Of a stretch of 64,000 nucleotides of DNA, positions 10,465 through 20,069 are shown one piece after another. The position numbers were made by a program, and so were the translations under genes. Every line of letters begins with the position of its first letter. The first letter of the stretch is position 1. The DNA comes from Candidatus Poribacteria bacterium (GTDB taxonomy: Bacteria > Poribacteria > WGA-4E > PCPOR2b): assembly GCA_965215015.1 (NCBI GenBank), contig OZ244042.1, positions 3,776,001-3,840,000 on the forward strand, given 5' to 3'. Below the pieces are notes generated by a model that saw nothing but the letters and a program-made list of their open reading frames with translations, was not told the origin of the DNA and ran no database searches.

Positions 10465-11331
10465 ATGTCCCAACAACCTATGCGTGGTATGTTTCCGGTC
10501 CTGATTACGCCTTTTGACGAACAGGATTGTATTGATGAAGATAGCTTGAGGAGCGTCGTCGAGTATAACATCAACGCCGGCGTCCACGGTGTGGTGATAG
10601 CGTTCGCCACAGAGATTATGAAGCTCACCGAGGCGGAACGCTTGCAGGTTGCCCAAGTGGTTGTCGATCAGACGCGCGGCAGGGTGCCGGTCGTTGTGAA
10701 CACCGGCGCGGTGTCAACTGCTGCAACTGTGCAATATAGCCGGCAAACCGAAAATCTCGGAGTGACAGCGGTGATGTGCACTCCACCGGCAGCAGATGTG
10801 CCGGTGGTCGAAAAAAAGGCATACTTCAAGGCGATATCGGATGCTGTGAGTGTCCCGATTTTTGTTCAGGAGGCAGGCACATCGCTCGGCGGGGCCCTGC
10901 TGCGAGAGATTGCTGAGGAGTGCGAGGGGGTACGTTATGCCAAAGTTGAGAACGCACCCCCAGCGCAGAGGGTCTACGAGGCGGTCCAACATGGTGGCGA
11001 TCTGGTCACAGTCTTCGGGGGTGCGAGTGGATCTTACCTGATTGAGGAGCTACGCCGCGGTTCACAAGGCACGATGCCTTGGCCCAGTCGTCCGCACTCC
11101 TTCGTTCAGGTCTGGGATCACTGGCAGTCCGGCGACGAGACCGCGGCCCGCGAGGTGTGGGAACGGGAGATTGATCCGATTCTGCGGGTGGGCGGGCTTG
11201 TCCACAAGGAGATTCTCTACCGGGCAGGTGTTATCAAATCCCCTCGCTGGCGTTCTCCTTCACCTGCCCCACTCGATGAGATGGGTCAATGGGAATTGGA
11301 TGAGGTTTGTGAACGGTTAGGGATTGGCTGA
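10465..11331 (+). CDS. Dihydrodipicolinate synthase family aldolase/dehydratase
   Basis: GMFPVLITPF, RGRVPVVVNTG, Schiff-base Lys in YAKVE. GGGAGG RBS. Confidence 0.88.
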   Translation: MSQQPMRGMFPVLITPFDEQDCIDEDSLRSVVEYNINAGVHGVVIAFATEIMKLTEAERLQVAQVVVDQTRGRVPVVVNTGAVSTAATVQYSRQTENLGVTAVMCTPPAADVPVVEKKAYFKAISDAVSVPIFVQEAGTSLGGALLREIAEECEGVRYAKVENAPPAQRVYEAVQHGGDLVTVFGGASGSYLIEELRRGSQGTMPWPSRPHSFVQVWDHWQSGDETAAREVWEREIDPILRVGGLVHKEILYRAGVIKSPRWRSPSPAPLDEMGQWELDEVCERLGIG

Positions 11332-11333
11332 TA

Positions 11334-11519
11334 CGCTTCAACGATTCCTATCACTATGTGTCACCAGAAGTTCGCGCAGCGATGGCCGAAGCTGAGCAGC
11401 ACATCTGGGGGCTTGAGGCTGGAGGTCCACCGAATATACACTTCAGAGACATGGGTGATGAACAGATTGCTGCGCTGACGCCTGAAGAAAAGGCAGGGCT
11501 CAACATTACACCGTTTTAG
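11334..11519 (+). pseudogene. Probable orphan 3' fragment of a deleted gene
   Basis: Open frame with no start at its 5' end, reading RFNDSYHYVSPEVRAAMAEAEQHIWGLEAGGPPNIHFRDMGDEQIAALTPEEKAGLNITPF*. Protein-like composition, directly after the DHDPS-family stop. Confidence 0.3.
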
Positions 11520-11632
11520 GCTTGTTGTCTCATCTGTCAAATGATTGGGAAAATTCTGCAATTCCCGCAGAATTTGTCATGATGTTCGGGCCCCAGCAAC
11601 ACCTAACCTCAGCCAAGGAAGGTTTATCCCTA

Positions 11633-12328
11633 ATGAGCCAAATCCAATCACCGCAATTAATTGAAGCACTGCAACAGTATGATAGCCCAACGGTTGCCAA
11701 TGCAATTGAACATTTTGAAGTGCGCGACCCGACTACGGGCTATGCCCACAATGAATTGATCTGCCAAATGCCTGAAATCGCCACACCGATGGTTGGCTAC
11801 GCCCTCACAGCGACAGCTGATACCACGACACCCGGCGACACAAGAACTTCACGTGTCGATAGTCTGGTGGAGGCGATTGAGGCCGCACCGAAGCCATCGG
11901 TACTCGCTGTCCAACACGTTGGGCATGACCGCAAGCGATGCTGCCTGTTCGGCGATATGTTCTGTACGATTGCACATAAACTGGGGTGTGTGGGATTTGT
12001 TACTGATGCCAACGGGCGTGACCGAAGTGCTATCCGTCAACGCACGCCGGATTTTCATGTTTTTTCGACTGGGTGGGTCGTCTCACACGGTTATGGTGTG
12101 TACCTCGACTTCAACGTGACAGTATCTGTTTGTGGTTTGACCATTTCACCGGGCGATTTGCTGCACGGCGATGAAAGCGGTCTAGTCTCGATCCCAATTG
12201 ACATCGCTGCGGATGTGGTGAAACGGGCGGAGGCGGTTCGTGAAGAGGAAGCGGAGTATTTTGATTTCCTAGAGAGCAATCGTTTCAACATGGGAGAACT
12301 GAAGCACCGCATCATCCCCCACAAGTAA
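11633..12328 (+). CDS. RraA/HMG-aldolase family protein
   Basis: YDSPTVANAIE, MVGYALT, FGDMF, GRD, ISPGDLLHGDESGLVSIP. ATG at 11633 follows AAGGAAGG. Confidence 0.88.
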   Translation: MSQIQSPQLIEALQQYDSPTVANAIEHFEVRDPTTGYAHNELICQMPEIATPMVGYALTATADTTTPGDTRTSRVDSLVEAIEAAPKPSVLAVQHVGHDRKRCCLFGDMFCTIAHKLGCVGFVTDANGRDRSAIRQRTPDFHVFSTGWVVSHGYGVYLDFNVTVSVCGLTISPGDLLHGDESGLVSIPIDIAADVVKRAEAVREEEAEYFDFLESNRFNMGELKHRIIPHK

Positions 12329-12352
12329 TTTTCCCCGGACCTAACTATTTTT

Positions 12353-12381
12353 TAGACAATGTTTTTGAAATCATGTATAAT
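12353..12381 (+). promoter_or_regulatory. Candidate sigma70 promoter TAGACA-N17-TATAAT
   Basis: Near-consensus boxes with 17-bp spacing, upstream of the repeat tract that precedes the enolase-superfamily gene. Confidence 0.4.
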
Positions 12382-12396
12382 AATCCAAGTTGGCAG

Positions 12397-12423
12397 TAGT
12401 AGGCATACGCCGTATGCCGTAAC
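12397..12423 (+). repeat. REP-like family 2, GTAGGCATACGCCGTATGCCGTAAC (representative copy)
   Basis: Reverse-strand copies at ~3202, ~56165 and ~63931; degenerate copies at ~15660 and ~43818. Confidence 0.85.
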
Positions 12424-12573
12424 TTCAAGAGTACATTAAAAAAAACGCTAAAGCGCGTGGGTGTATTCCTAAGCCCCCCTACTACCCCCTCCCCCCGCAG
12501 GCGGGGAAAGAACCTAAGAACCCCACCCTAACCCTCCCCGCAAGCGGGGAGGGAATAAGAACCCTACATACCC

Positions 12574-13045
12574 ATACGGTATCAGACTGTTCTAGGTTCA
12601 ATGAGCGAGGAATTGACGGACACCCCACCGGGTGTTTAGCAGGGAGGGGCCATTGTTTGTTAGCGGAAGGCTAACCAGCGACGCGCAATGAATTGCGCTA
12701 CTACGAACCAGATTTTCAACATTCATGTTCTTAACAGCTTGAATAAATCAAAGGAATAGAATCTTAGAATCTAAGATAATCTGCCAAAGCCAAGATAATG
12801 CCAAGATAATACGGTATCAGACTGTTCTAGGTTCAATGAGCGAGGCATTGACGGACACCCCACCGGGTGTTTAGCAGGGAGGGGCCATTGTTTGTTAGTG
12901 GAAGGCTAACAAGCGACGCGCAATGAATTGCGCTACTACGAACAAGATTTTCAACATTCATGTTCTTAACAGCTCGAATAAATCAAAGGAATAGAATCTT
13001 AGAATCTAAGATAATCTGCCAAAGCCAAGATAATGCCAAGATAAT
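12574..13045. repeat. Near-perfect 235-bp tandem duplication (12574-12808 / 12809-13045)
   Basis: Both copies begin ATACGGTATCAGACTGTTCTAGG, contain one REP hairpin and end ...GCCAAGATAAT. Confidence 0.93.
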
Positions 13046-13059
13046 AAGGAGACACAATA

Positions 13060-14205
13060 TTGAAAATTACCGATGTCAAGACATTAGTCATGGGCACCAG
13101 CTGGCGAAACCTGACTTTTGTCAAGGTGGAAACTAACGAAGGATTGACTGGTGTCAGTGAGGTACGGATGAACAACCGCACGGACGCACTGGTCGCTTAC
13201 CTCGACGGTGCGAAGAAGCGACACGTTATCGGGAGCGATCCGTTCAATACTGAAGATCTCTACCTGCGGATGTTCCGTAACGATTATGGACGTGCCGGCG
13301 AGATCGCGGCAACAGGGATTAGCGTCGTCGAAATCGCGTGTTGGGACATCATCGGAAAGGCACTCAACCAGCCGGTGTATCGACTACTTGGAGGTGCATG
13401 TCGTGATAAGATGAAGGCATACGCCAACGGTTGGTATAAGGTCGAACGTACCCCCGAGGAATTTCATACCGCTGCCAAACAGGTACTTAAAAAAGACTAC
13501 AAGGCACTCAAATTTGATCCCTTTGGCGCCGGCTATTACGAACTCTCTTACGAAGAAAGACTGAGATCTGTCTCGCTGGTTGAAGCGGTACGCGATTCGG
13601 TGGGGCCCGAGGTAGAAATTTTGATTGAGATGCACGGACGCTTTAGCCCGGGAACCGCTATCCAGATAGCACGCGAATTGGAACCGTTCCAGCCAAGTTG
13701 GGTTGAGGAGCCCGTCCCGCCCGATAATCTCGCGGCATTGGCAAAGGCAGCGGACAGCATTAATATTCCCGTTGCCACCGGCGAACGGCTCCACAATAAG
13801 TTTGAATACCGCGAACTGATCAATCTCCAAGCAGCAGACATCCTCCAGCCTGATATCACACAAACAGGCGGTTTTCTGGAGACGAAGAAAATCGCAGCTA
13901 TTGGGGATATGTGTTATATGCTGGTTGCACCGCACAATGTAGGCGGCCCCGTGTCCACCGCAACGGCGTTGCACTTCTCCGCTTGCACACCTAACTTTAA
14001 GATTCAGGAGCATTTCAATGACTTCTCAGAGGCATGGGTTAAGGAGGCGGCAACCGGTTGCCCCGAAGTAGTTGAGGGCTATTTCAGTTTACCCAATGGT
14101 CCCGGTCTCGGCATGACACTGAACGAGGACCTGATCGCTGACCACCCTTATCGTGAGGGATCATTTAATTTATGGGAGGATGATTGGCATCGTCGTCAAT
14201 ATTGA
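13060..14205 (+). CDS. Mandelate racemase/muconate lactonizing enzyme family dehydratase (galactonate dehydratase-like)
   Basis: WDIIGKALNQPVYRLLGG, KALKFDPF, EMHGR, WVEEP, ATGER, APHN. TTG start after AGGAG. Confidence 0.9.
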   Translation: MKITDVKTLVMGTSWRNLTFVKVETNEGLTGVSEVRMNNRTDALVAYLDGAKKRHVIGSDPFNTEDLYLRMFRNDYGRAGEIAATGISVVEIACWDIIGKALNQPVYRLLGGACRDKMKAYANGWYKVERTPEEFHTAAKQVLKKDYKALKFDPFGAGYYELSYEERLRSVSLVEAVRDSVGPEVEILIEMHGRFSPGTAIQIARELEPFQPSWVEEPVPPDNLAALAKAADSINIPVATGERLHNKFEYRELINLQAADILQPDITQTGGFLETKKIAAIGDMCYMLVAPHNVGGPVSTATALHFSACTPNFKIQEHFNDFSEAWVKEAATGCPEVVEGYFSLPNGPGLGMTLNEDLIADHPYREGSFNLWEDDWHRRQY

Positions 14206-14364
14206 TACGCGGGACATGATGCGTAATGCGTAAGTTGGTACATTAGTTCATTCATGAACCAATGAACTAATGTACCAATGAACGGTTGAACGATGTGGAA
14301 ACGACAGACTGGCCCACCTGAATTTTGATTCCACCGACTTCCTAATTCTCCCTACCCGGACTTG

Positions 14365-15276
14365 ATGCGTGCGAAAACACTTCACCCAACTAACGAAAGT
14401 TTTATCCCCCCTCGGGTTATCTGCTTTGTCCTTTTTCTAGCGATGCTTTGGGGCGGCAATGCTGTCTCCCTCAAAATTGGGCTTCAAGAATTTTCCCCAT
14501 TTGCCTCAGCAGGGTTTCGTTTTTCGATTGGACTTTTCCTCATCGCGGGTTGGGCTTCGGCTAACGGGATATCGATCAAGCCCCAGCGGCACGAGTACCT
14601 GCGACTTTTTTTGAGTGCCCTCCTATTTATAACGCAAATCGTTGCTCTCAATTGGGGGACTAACTTGACACGCGCGGGCAGAGCCGCTGTCATGACCAAC
14701 ACCTACCCCCTCTTCGTCGCCCTGATTGCACACTTTGTCGTTCCGGGCGATTACATGACCCGTCGGAAGGGACTTGGATTAGCGTTCGCCTTCGGCGGAA
14801 TCTGTTTCGTGTTTCGAGACAACTTCATCGGAGGTACAGGAGAATTTTTAACTGGCGACCTGCTGACACTGCTCGGCGGTTTTTTACTCGGACTCCTTAT
14901 CGTCGTCACCAATCGCCTTATCCAGCATATCAATACCTACCGTGTATTGGTGTCCCAAATGGTCATTGGCGTCCCAATCTTTTTCATCCTGAGTGCAATT
15001 TTTGAAGGTAAAGCGGGATACGGTTTCTCCTATCCTGCACTATTCGCGCTTCTATATCAAGGTGCCGGAATCGCAGGGTTCTGTTTCGTCGCATGGACGC
15101 TCCTGTTAAAAGATTATCCACCCAGCCGCCTCTCCGTCTTCTTTTTTACAACACCGCTCTGGGGAATCTTACTGAGCAACCTTCTTATCGGTGAGCCGAT
15201 TACCGTTGGGCTCACTATCGGGGCAGTGTTGGTTGCACTTGGTATTTACACCATTAATCGTTCCCCAAGTGCGTAG
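14365..15276 (+). CDS. DMT/EamA family transporter
   Basis: About 10 hydrophobic segments; LWGGN, ASAGFRF, TYPLFVALIAH, LLIGEPIT. Confidence 0.9.
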   Translation: MRAKTLHPTNESFIPPRVICFVLFLAMLWGGNAVSLKIGLQEFSPFASAGFRFSIGLFLIAGWASANGISIKPQRHEYLRLFLSALLFITQIVALNWGTNLTRAGRAAVMTNTYPLFVALIAHFVVPGDYMTRRKGLGLAFAFGGICFVFRDNFIGGTGEFLTGDLLTLLGGFLLGLLIVVTNRLIQHINTYRVLVSQMVIGVPIFFILSAIFEGKAGYGFSYPALFALLYQGAGIAGFCFVAWTLLLKDYPPSRLSVFFFTTPLWGILLSNLLIGEPITVGLTIGAVLVALGIYTINRSPSA

Positions 15277-15977
15277 GCGGCACGCCCCACCGTGCCGTAA
15301 CTGATTGGGTTGGGACTCCCGTAGGTCAAGATTTATATCTCGACAAAATACCGGGTGTGTCGCGCAACAATCCTGGTTGATTGAAAATTGGTAAACAACG
15401 CGCAATAAATTGCGCTACTACGAACCCAGAGGGGCAATCTAACTATCGGTTAACAGCGACGCGCAATGAGTTGCGCGACTATGAACCGTTACTACGAACT
15501 GAATTAAAGGAATTTGCAAGCGGGGGCGTCTACCCTCTCATCTGAATCAGGATTAAAGGATTCTCAGGATTTTCAGGATTAACCGCTTGAACCCCTTAAA
15601 TCCTTCTGAATTAAGGGAATTGGCAAGCGGAGGGGGGCGCAAGCGGGGGAAGGGGGATGGCAGGCGGCGTGTGCCTACTACTTTGGGTTGAACTGTCGCC
15701 GCCCGATGAATCGCCGAGGATACCCTGACTCCAGTGAAATAGAATACCCGACACGGTTGTGCTCCACGATTGGCTCAATCTGCGCGGAACATTCCGCGCC
15801 CTGTACCCCCCTCTAATCCCCCCGCAAGCGGGGGGAAGAATTGCACAATATAGACTCTCGGAACAAAACTTGGTAGAAGTAAAGGAACCAAGCGGACGAG
15901 GGAAGAATTGTACAATATAGATTCTCGGAACGGAGATGTGTTCAATTGGTGTTCAATTGGTCGGATGGTAATAGCAT

Positions 15978-16514
15978 CTATTTGGACTCTGAAAAATAAA
16001 ATGATGGGTATGGAAATGGTGTGATTTGCAGGTTGAAATGTTTTTTTACATCTAGTGTATTAGAGAAGATGCGGACAAATGTCCAGCCCGAATGTTGGAC
16101 GACAAAGAAGATACGTTTGCCGTTGTGCGTGTTAAGCGTGTATATGGGCCTCCCCTCAATCCAACTATAATTGGGTAACTCGCGATAGCCTAACGCATAA
16201 ATCGCCTCGTGTGGAGTGAGCCGTCTATTGGCATAGAACGAGAGCATAACCACTTTGTCGTTCAGAATGCCTGTGGTTAATCCTCTGAATCGATATTTAT
16301 CTCCAAAATCGTAAGTGGGTGTTTTGTTCTCTATCGTTTTCCGCGCTTCTCCCAATATAGGTTCGATATTGTCATGAAAGGTTAAGAAGTTTTCGCCAAT
16401 CAAGCGATCGATCCCGTTCATCTGTTCAGGTGTCAGGTCAAGCTGAGGTATGGGGGTAGCACACCCGGATAGCAAAAGTAACAGGCACACAATACAGACA
16501 AAGCGCAGCAGCAT
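15978..16514 (-). CDS. Hypothetical lipoprotein
   Basis: Signal peptide with lipobox LLLLSG|C. The gene is AT-richer than its neighbours. Confidence 0.7.
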   Translation of the reverse strand: MLLRFVCIVCLLLLLSGCATPIPQLDLTPEQMNGIDRLIGENFLTFHDNIEPILGEARKTIENKTPTYDFGDKYRFRGLTTGILNDKVVMLSFYANRRLTPHEAIYALGYRELPNYSWIEGRPIYTLNTHNGKRIFFVVQHSGWTFVRIFSNTLDVKKHFNLQITPFPYPSFYFSESK

Positions 16515-16832
16515 AATTGACCATCCTTTTCACCCTAAGAACCCCACCCTATCACCCTAAGAACCCCACCCTAACCCTCCCCGCAAGCGGGGAGGGAATG
16601 AGAATCCTACATACCCATACGGTATCAGACCGTTCTGTATTCATCTAACGTTGAGCGGCAGGTTCACCGGTGCTGAATCGCCGAGGATAGTATGACTCTC
16701 GTGCCAGAGCCTCCGGACACGGTTGGGTCACACAATCGGTTCAAGTCGCCCGGAAGGTTGCGCGATAGTCCGGGTATTTATAACCTCTGAATTATACTGT
16801 AAACATGAAACTTGATTCACTGCTCACAGGAA

Positions 16833-18320
16833 TCATGAGACCCAATCGCGCACGAATTGCACCAGCAGCCGCACACCGAAACCGGTACCGCCCTTGCTAG
16901 GAATATATGACGAGCCTTTGACATCCCATGCCGTGCCGGCGATGTCGAGATGCACCCAAGGATAGCCCTCCGCAAATTTCTTCAGGACCGCCCCACCGAC
17001 GATGGTCCCCGCCGTTGCGTCGCCAATATTTTTCACGTCAGCCACATCGCTTTTGATTAGCTCATCGTAATCGTCCCACAAGGGGAGCTCCCACACCCGT
17101 TCATGCGTTTTCTCTGCCGCGGATCTGACTTTATCCATCAAAGCCTCATCCGTACCCATCATCCCGCAAGCAACGGTTCCCAAAGCGGTGATGACAGCCC
17201 CGGTCAGGGTAGCCAGATCTATCGCTGCCTTCGGGTTATAGTGGGCAGCATAGCCTAACGCATCCGCCAACACCAGTCGCCCTTCCGCGTCCGTATTGAG
17301 GATCTCAATTGTTTTTCCGCCATAGGTTTCGACAACATCTCCCGGCCGCTGGGCGGTGGCACTCGGCATGTTTTCGCTCGCCGCGATTAGCCCAACGACA
17401 TGGAGGTCCGGTTTCAGATGACCGACCACCTGCATCGCGCCAAGCACCGCCGCTGCGCCGGACATATCGTGCTTCATGTCCATCATACCGGAGCCTGATT
17501 TGAGGGATAGCCCCCCGCTATCGAAGGTGATGCCCTTTCCAACAAACGCGACGGTGTCCTTGCCTTCACCGGTGGGGATATGCTCCAAGATGATAAATCG
17601 TGGCTCTTCGACGCTTCCCTGAGACACACCGAGTAAGGTGCGAAACCCTTTCTCTTTCAGTTGCGCTTGGTCAAAAACTTCGCATTTCAGTCCGACCTCA
17701 TCTGCGATCGCAACCGACTTGTCAGCGAACATCGTTGGCGTCAAGTGGTTCGGCGGCTGATTGCTTAGGTCGCGTGCGAGGTTTGTCCCTTTCGCAATTG
17801 CGTCCCCGATGGCAACATCCCCCTCGACCATCGCCTGGCTCGCTTCGTCCGCAACAAGAACGGTGATCGAGTCAAGCCCCTTAACTTTGTCGAGCCCCTC
17901 CGTTTTGTGCTGATTGAATTGATAGAGCGCGAGTCGACTCACTTCAGCGAGTGCCTGTGCTATCTCTTGTGGAGTTTCGGGTGGCAACGGAATCGCGACA
18001 GTTTTTAGTCCCAGATCCCGAAGTTCTTGGACCACTTTGCCCGCCGCCTGACGCACCTTCTCTGGAGCAAAATCTTCGTTTTTTCCCAGGCCGACCAGCC
18101 CAATCCGTGGGGCGGTGATTGCTCCTCTGGTGTAGAGCAGAGCGGTCTGTTTGTGTTCACCTTTGAAGTCGCCGGCCTCAATCAGTTCGGTGATTGCGCC
18201 ATTGGTCGCCGCATCGGCGGCTTGCGCTACGCTGGCGAGGGGTTCCCCTTCAAATACCCCGAATACAACGGCATCGGCGGTTTCTGTTCTGAAATCTCCG
18301 ACTTTGACGTTAATTTGCAT
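16833..18320 (-). CDS. pepA: Leucyl aminopeptidase (M17)
   Basis: VGKGITFDSGG, MKHDMSGAA, NTDAEGRL, HLDIAG. Start is either 18320 (after AAAGGA) or 18350. Confidence 0.96.
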   Translation of the reverse strand: MQINVKVGDFRTETADAVVFGVFEGEPLASVAQAADAATNGAITELIEAGDFKGEHKQTALLYTRGAITAPRIGLVGLGKNEDFAPEKVRQAAGKVVQELRDLGLKTVAIPLPPETPQEIAQALAEVSRLALYQFNQHKTEGLDKVKGLDSITVLVADEASQAMVEGDVAIGDAIAKGTNLARDLSNQPPNHLTPTMFADKSVAIADEVGLKCEVFDQAQLKEKGFRTLLGVSQGSVEEPRFIILEHIPTGEGKDTVAFVGKGITFDSGGLSLKSGSGMMDMKHDMSGAAAVLGAMQVVGHLKPDLHVVGLIAASENMPSATAQRPGDVVETYGGKTIEILNTDAEGRLVLADALGYAAHYNPKAAIDLATLTGAVITALGTVACGMMGTDEALMDKVRSAAEKTHERVWELPLWDDYDELIKSDVADVKNIGDATAGTIVGGAVLKKFAEGYPWVHLDIAGTAWDVKGSSYIPSKGGTGFGVRLLVQFVRDWVS

Positions 18321-18349
18321 CCTATGATTTCCTTTCAGTTGTTGGTTCA

Positions 18350-18829
18350 TTAATATCTTTCGCGGATTGTTTCGATAAGATCGGTGGTCGATTTGCCCGG
18401 CACGTTCAAACCAACGATTACTTGGCCTCCGTTCGATTCGACGGCCTCCCGCTCTATGACCTGCTCAATCGTGTAATCGCCGCCCTTGACATGGATGTTT
18501 GGCTTGATGGCGGATAATAGGTCGATCGGATCGAGTTCGGGGAAAACGGTGACGTAATTAACACATGCAAGCCCGGCGAGCATTTCGGCGCGTTCCTCCG
18601 CGGGGACGAGGGGACGGTTCTCCCCTTTGAGGACGCGCACTGAGTCATCGCTGTTGACGCCGACAACGAGGAGGTCACCGAGCGACTGTGCAGCTTGTAA
18701 GTAACGCAGATGACCGACATGCAGCACATCAAAACAACCGTTGGTCGTCACGACGATTTTGCTGTCCGCTTTCGCTTGATGGACAATTTCGACTAGTTGA
18801 TTGCGAGGATAGATCTTTTTGTTTGGCAT
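18350..18829 (-). CDS. rfaE2: D-glycero-beta-D-manno-heptose 1-phosphate adenylyltransferase (RfaE domain II)
   Basis: TNGCFDVLHVGH, GVNSDDSV...LKGENRP, VKGGDY, STTDLI. Confidence 0.9.
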   Translation of the reverse strand: MPNKKIYPRNQLVEIVHQAKADSKIVVTTNGCFDVLHVGHLRYLQAAQSLGDLLVVGVNSDDSVRVLKGENRPLVPAEERAEMLAGLACVNYVTVFPELDPIDLLSAIKPNIHVKGGDYTIEQVIEREAVESNGGQVIVGLNVPGKSTTDLIETIRERY

Positions 18830-18916
18830 GGCTCGTAACCCGTAAGTTGGTAATGGGTGAGAGGGTAAAGGTGCTCGATTAGGGCGTGTTGACATTTTGC
18901 TGTCGTCTTTTTTCCC

Positions 18917-19315
18917 TTAGTTAAAGAAAGCATTCCATAGTAACAGCGCGATCACAAGAACTGCGGTTCCCCCGGCTATCACAATATACCATTTCACCGT
19001 AGACGTGAATCGATCTACTGTGTTTTCAAGTCGATCCATCGATTCTTTCATGGAATCATTGAAATCGGAGATATCCTCCCGTAATCCTGAAAATTCGCTA
19101 TCTATTTTTGATTGCATCGTCCCCAGTTCGTGGGAAACTTTCGATTCCATTTCCAGCAGCTGATGCTCAAGTGGGCTATCGATCACCTTCACATTTGCCG
19201 AATCTGGCTCGCGCTGCGTTTCGATTGGCTGCGATGGCGTACGATCTGGCAGCTGTGAAGTCGGTTCGTCAGACCTCTCATCGGTTTGGGGGTTGGATTG
19301 GTTTTGTGTGTCCAT
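18917..19315 (-). CDS. Hypothetical coiled-coil protein with C-terminal membrane anchor
   Basis: Start MDTQNQ follows GGGAG. Heptad-like middle and C-terminal TM segment WYIVIAGGTAVLVIALLLW. Confidence 0.65.
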   Translation of the reverse strand: MDTQNQSNPQTDERSDEPTSQLPDRTPSQPIETQREPDSANVKVIDSPLEHQLLEMESKVSHELGTMQSKIDSEFSGLREDISDFNDSMKESMDRLENTVDRFTSTVKWYIVIAGGTAVLVIALLLWNAFFN

Positions 19316-19486
19316 GATTTTTTCTCCCACGATGGTTGTTTGTTCGTTATCAGAATCGCGAATCCATTGGATTAAAGGAGACTCGGGATTTTGGAACGCA
19401 TCTTTTGTTATTCCTATATCGCTTCCGCTAACTATCCTCGTGATGTAACGAATTGACGCGCAATGAATTGCGCTACTACGAACGGC

Positions 19487-20069
19487 CATTCATTTAATTC
19501 CCCTCGTGATGTAACCCCTGGCACCGCAGGCGGATGCTTGTCTGAATCAGGATATTCAGGATTGAAGGATTCATAGGATGGGCTGCTGCATCAAAGAGCT
19601 CCTTATTGAGCGTGAAGCTCGAAAATTTGGTCGGGAAGTTACCGGCTGTCAACTGATGGAGCACATTTTTGCCCGGAATGTTGAAGGTGAAGAAGTTCCG
19701 ATTTAGACAGTATAGAACATTACAAGAAGGCATGTCAAGGATTGAGCGAGGGGTATCGGCTTACAGATACATCAATAGTATACAATTGTCAGCATCTGGC
19801 TTCATCAGATTGTCTGAATCAGGATATTCAGGATTGAAGGATTCATAGGATGGTCTCATGTTAAAAAATGATGCAAAGAGACCGAGGAAGGATACCAAGA
19901 CCTATCGGGCTCAATCCGCCCAGAACATTGCGCGTCCGTTTCTGAGGTGGCGTTGAGCGTTCAATGGCGGGCCTCCTAATTTTTAGATACTGCTGTTTGT
20001 ATCCTATTTATCCCTCCATCCTGGAAATCCTGATTCAGGACACGGCTTCAACTAGCCGCGTTATCTAAT
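19487..20069. repeat. Array-distal segment duplicated at 27211-27519, here interrupted by a ~230-bp insert
   Basis: 19487-19583 matches 27211-27308, and 19810-20069 matches 27263-27519 almost base for base. Confidence 0.9.

Noticed and set aside
16642-16730. attC-like site (ATCTAAC...GTTGGGT)
   Set aside because: Only the degenerate core heptamers match; there is no convincing long stem and no integrase.
19316-19489. N-terminal extension of ORF 18917-19489
   Set aside because: It translates through REP and other repeat sequence; a better start with RBS is at 19315.
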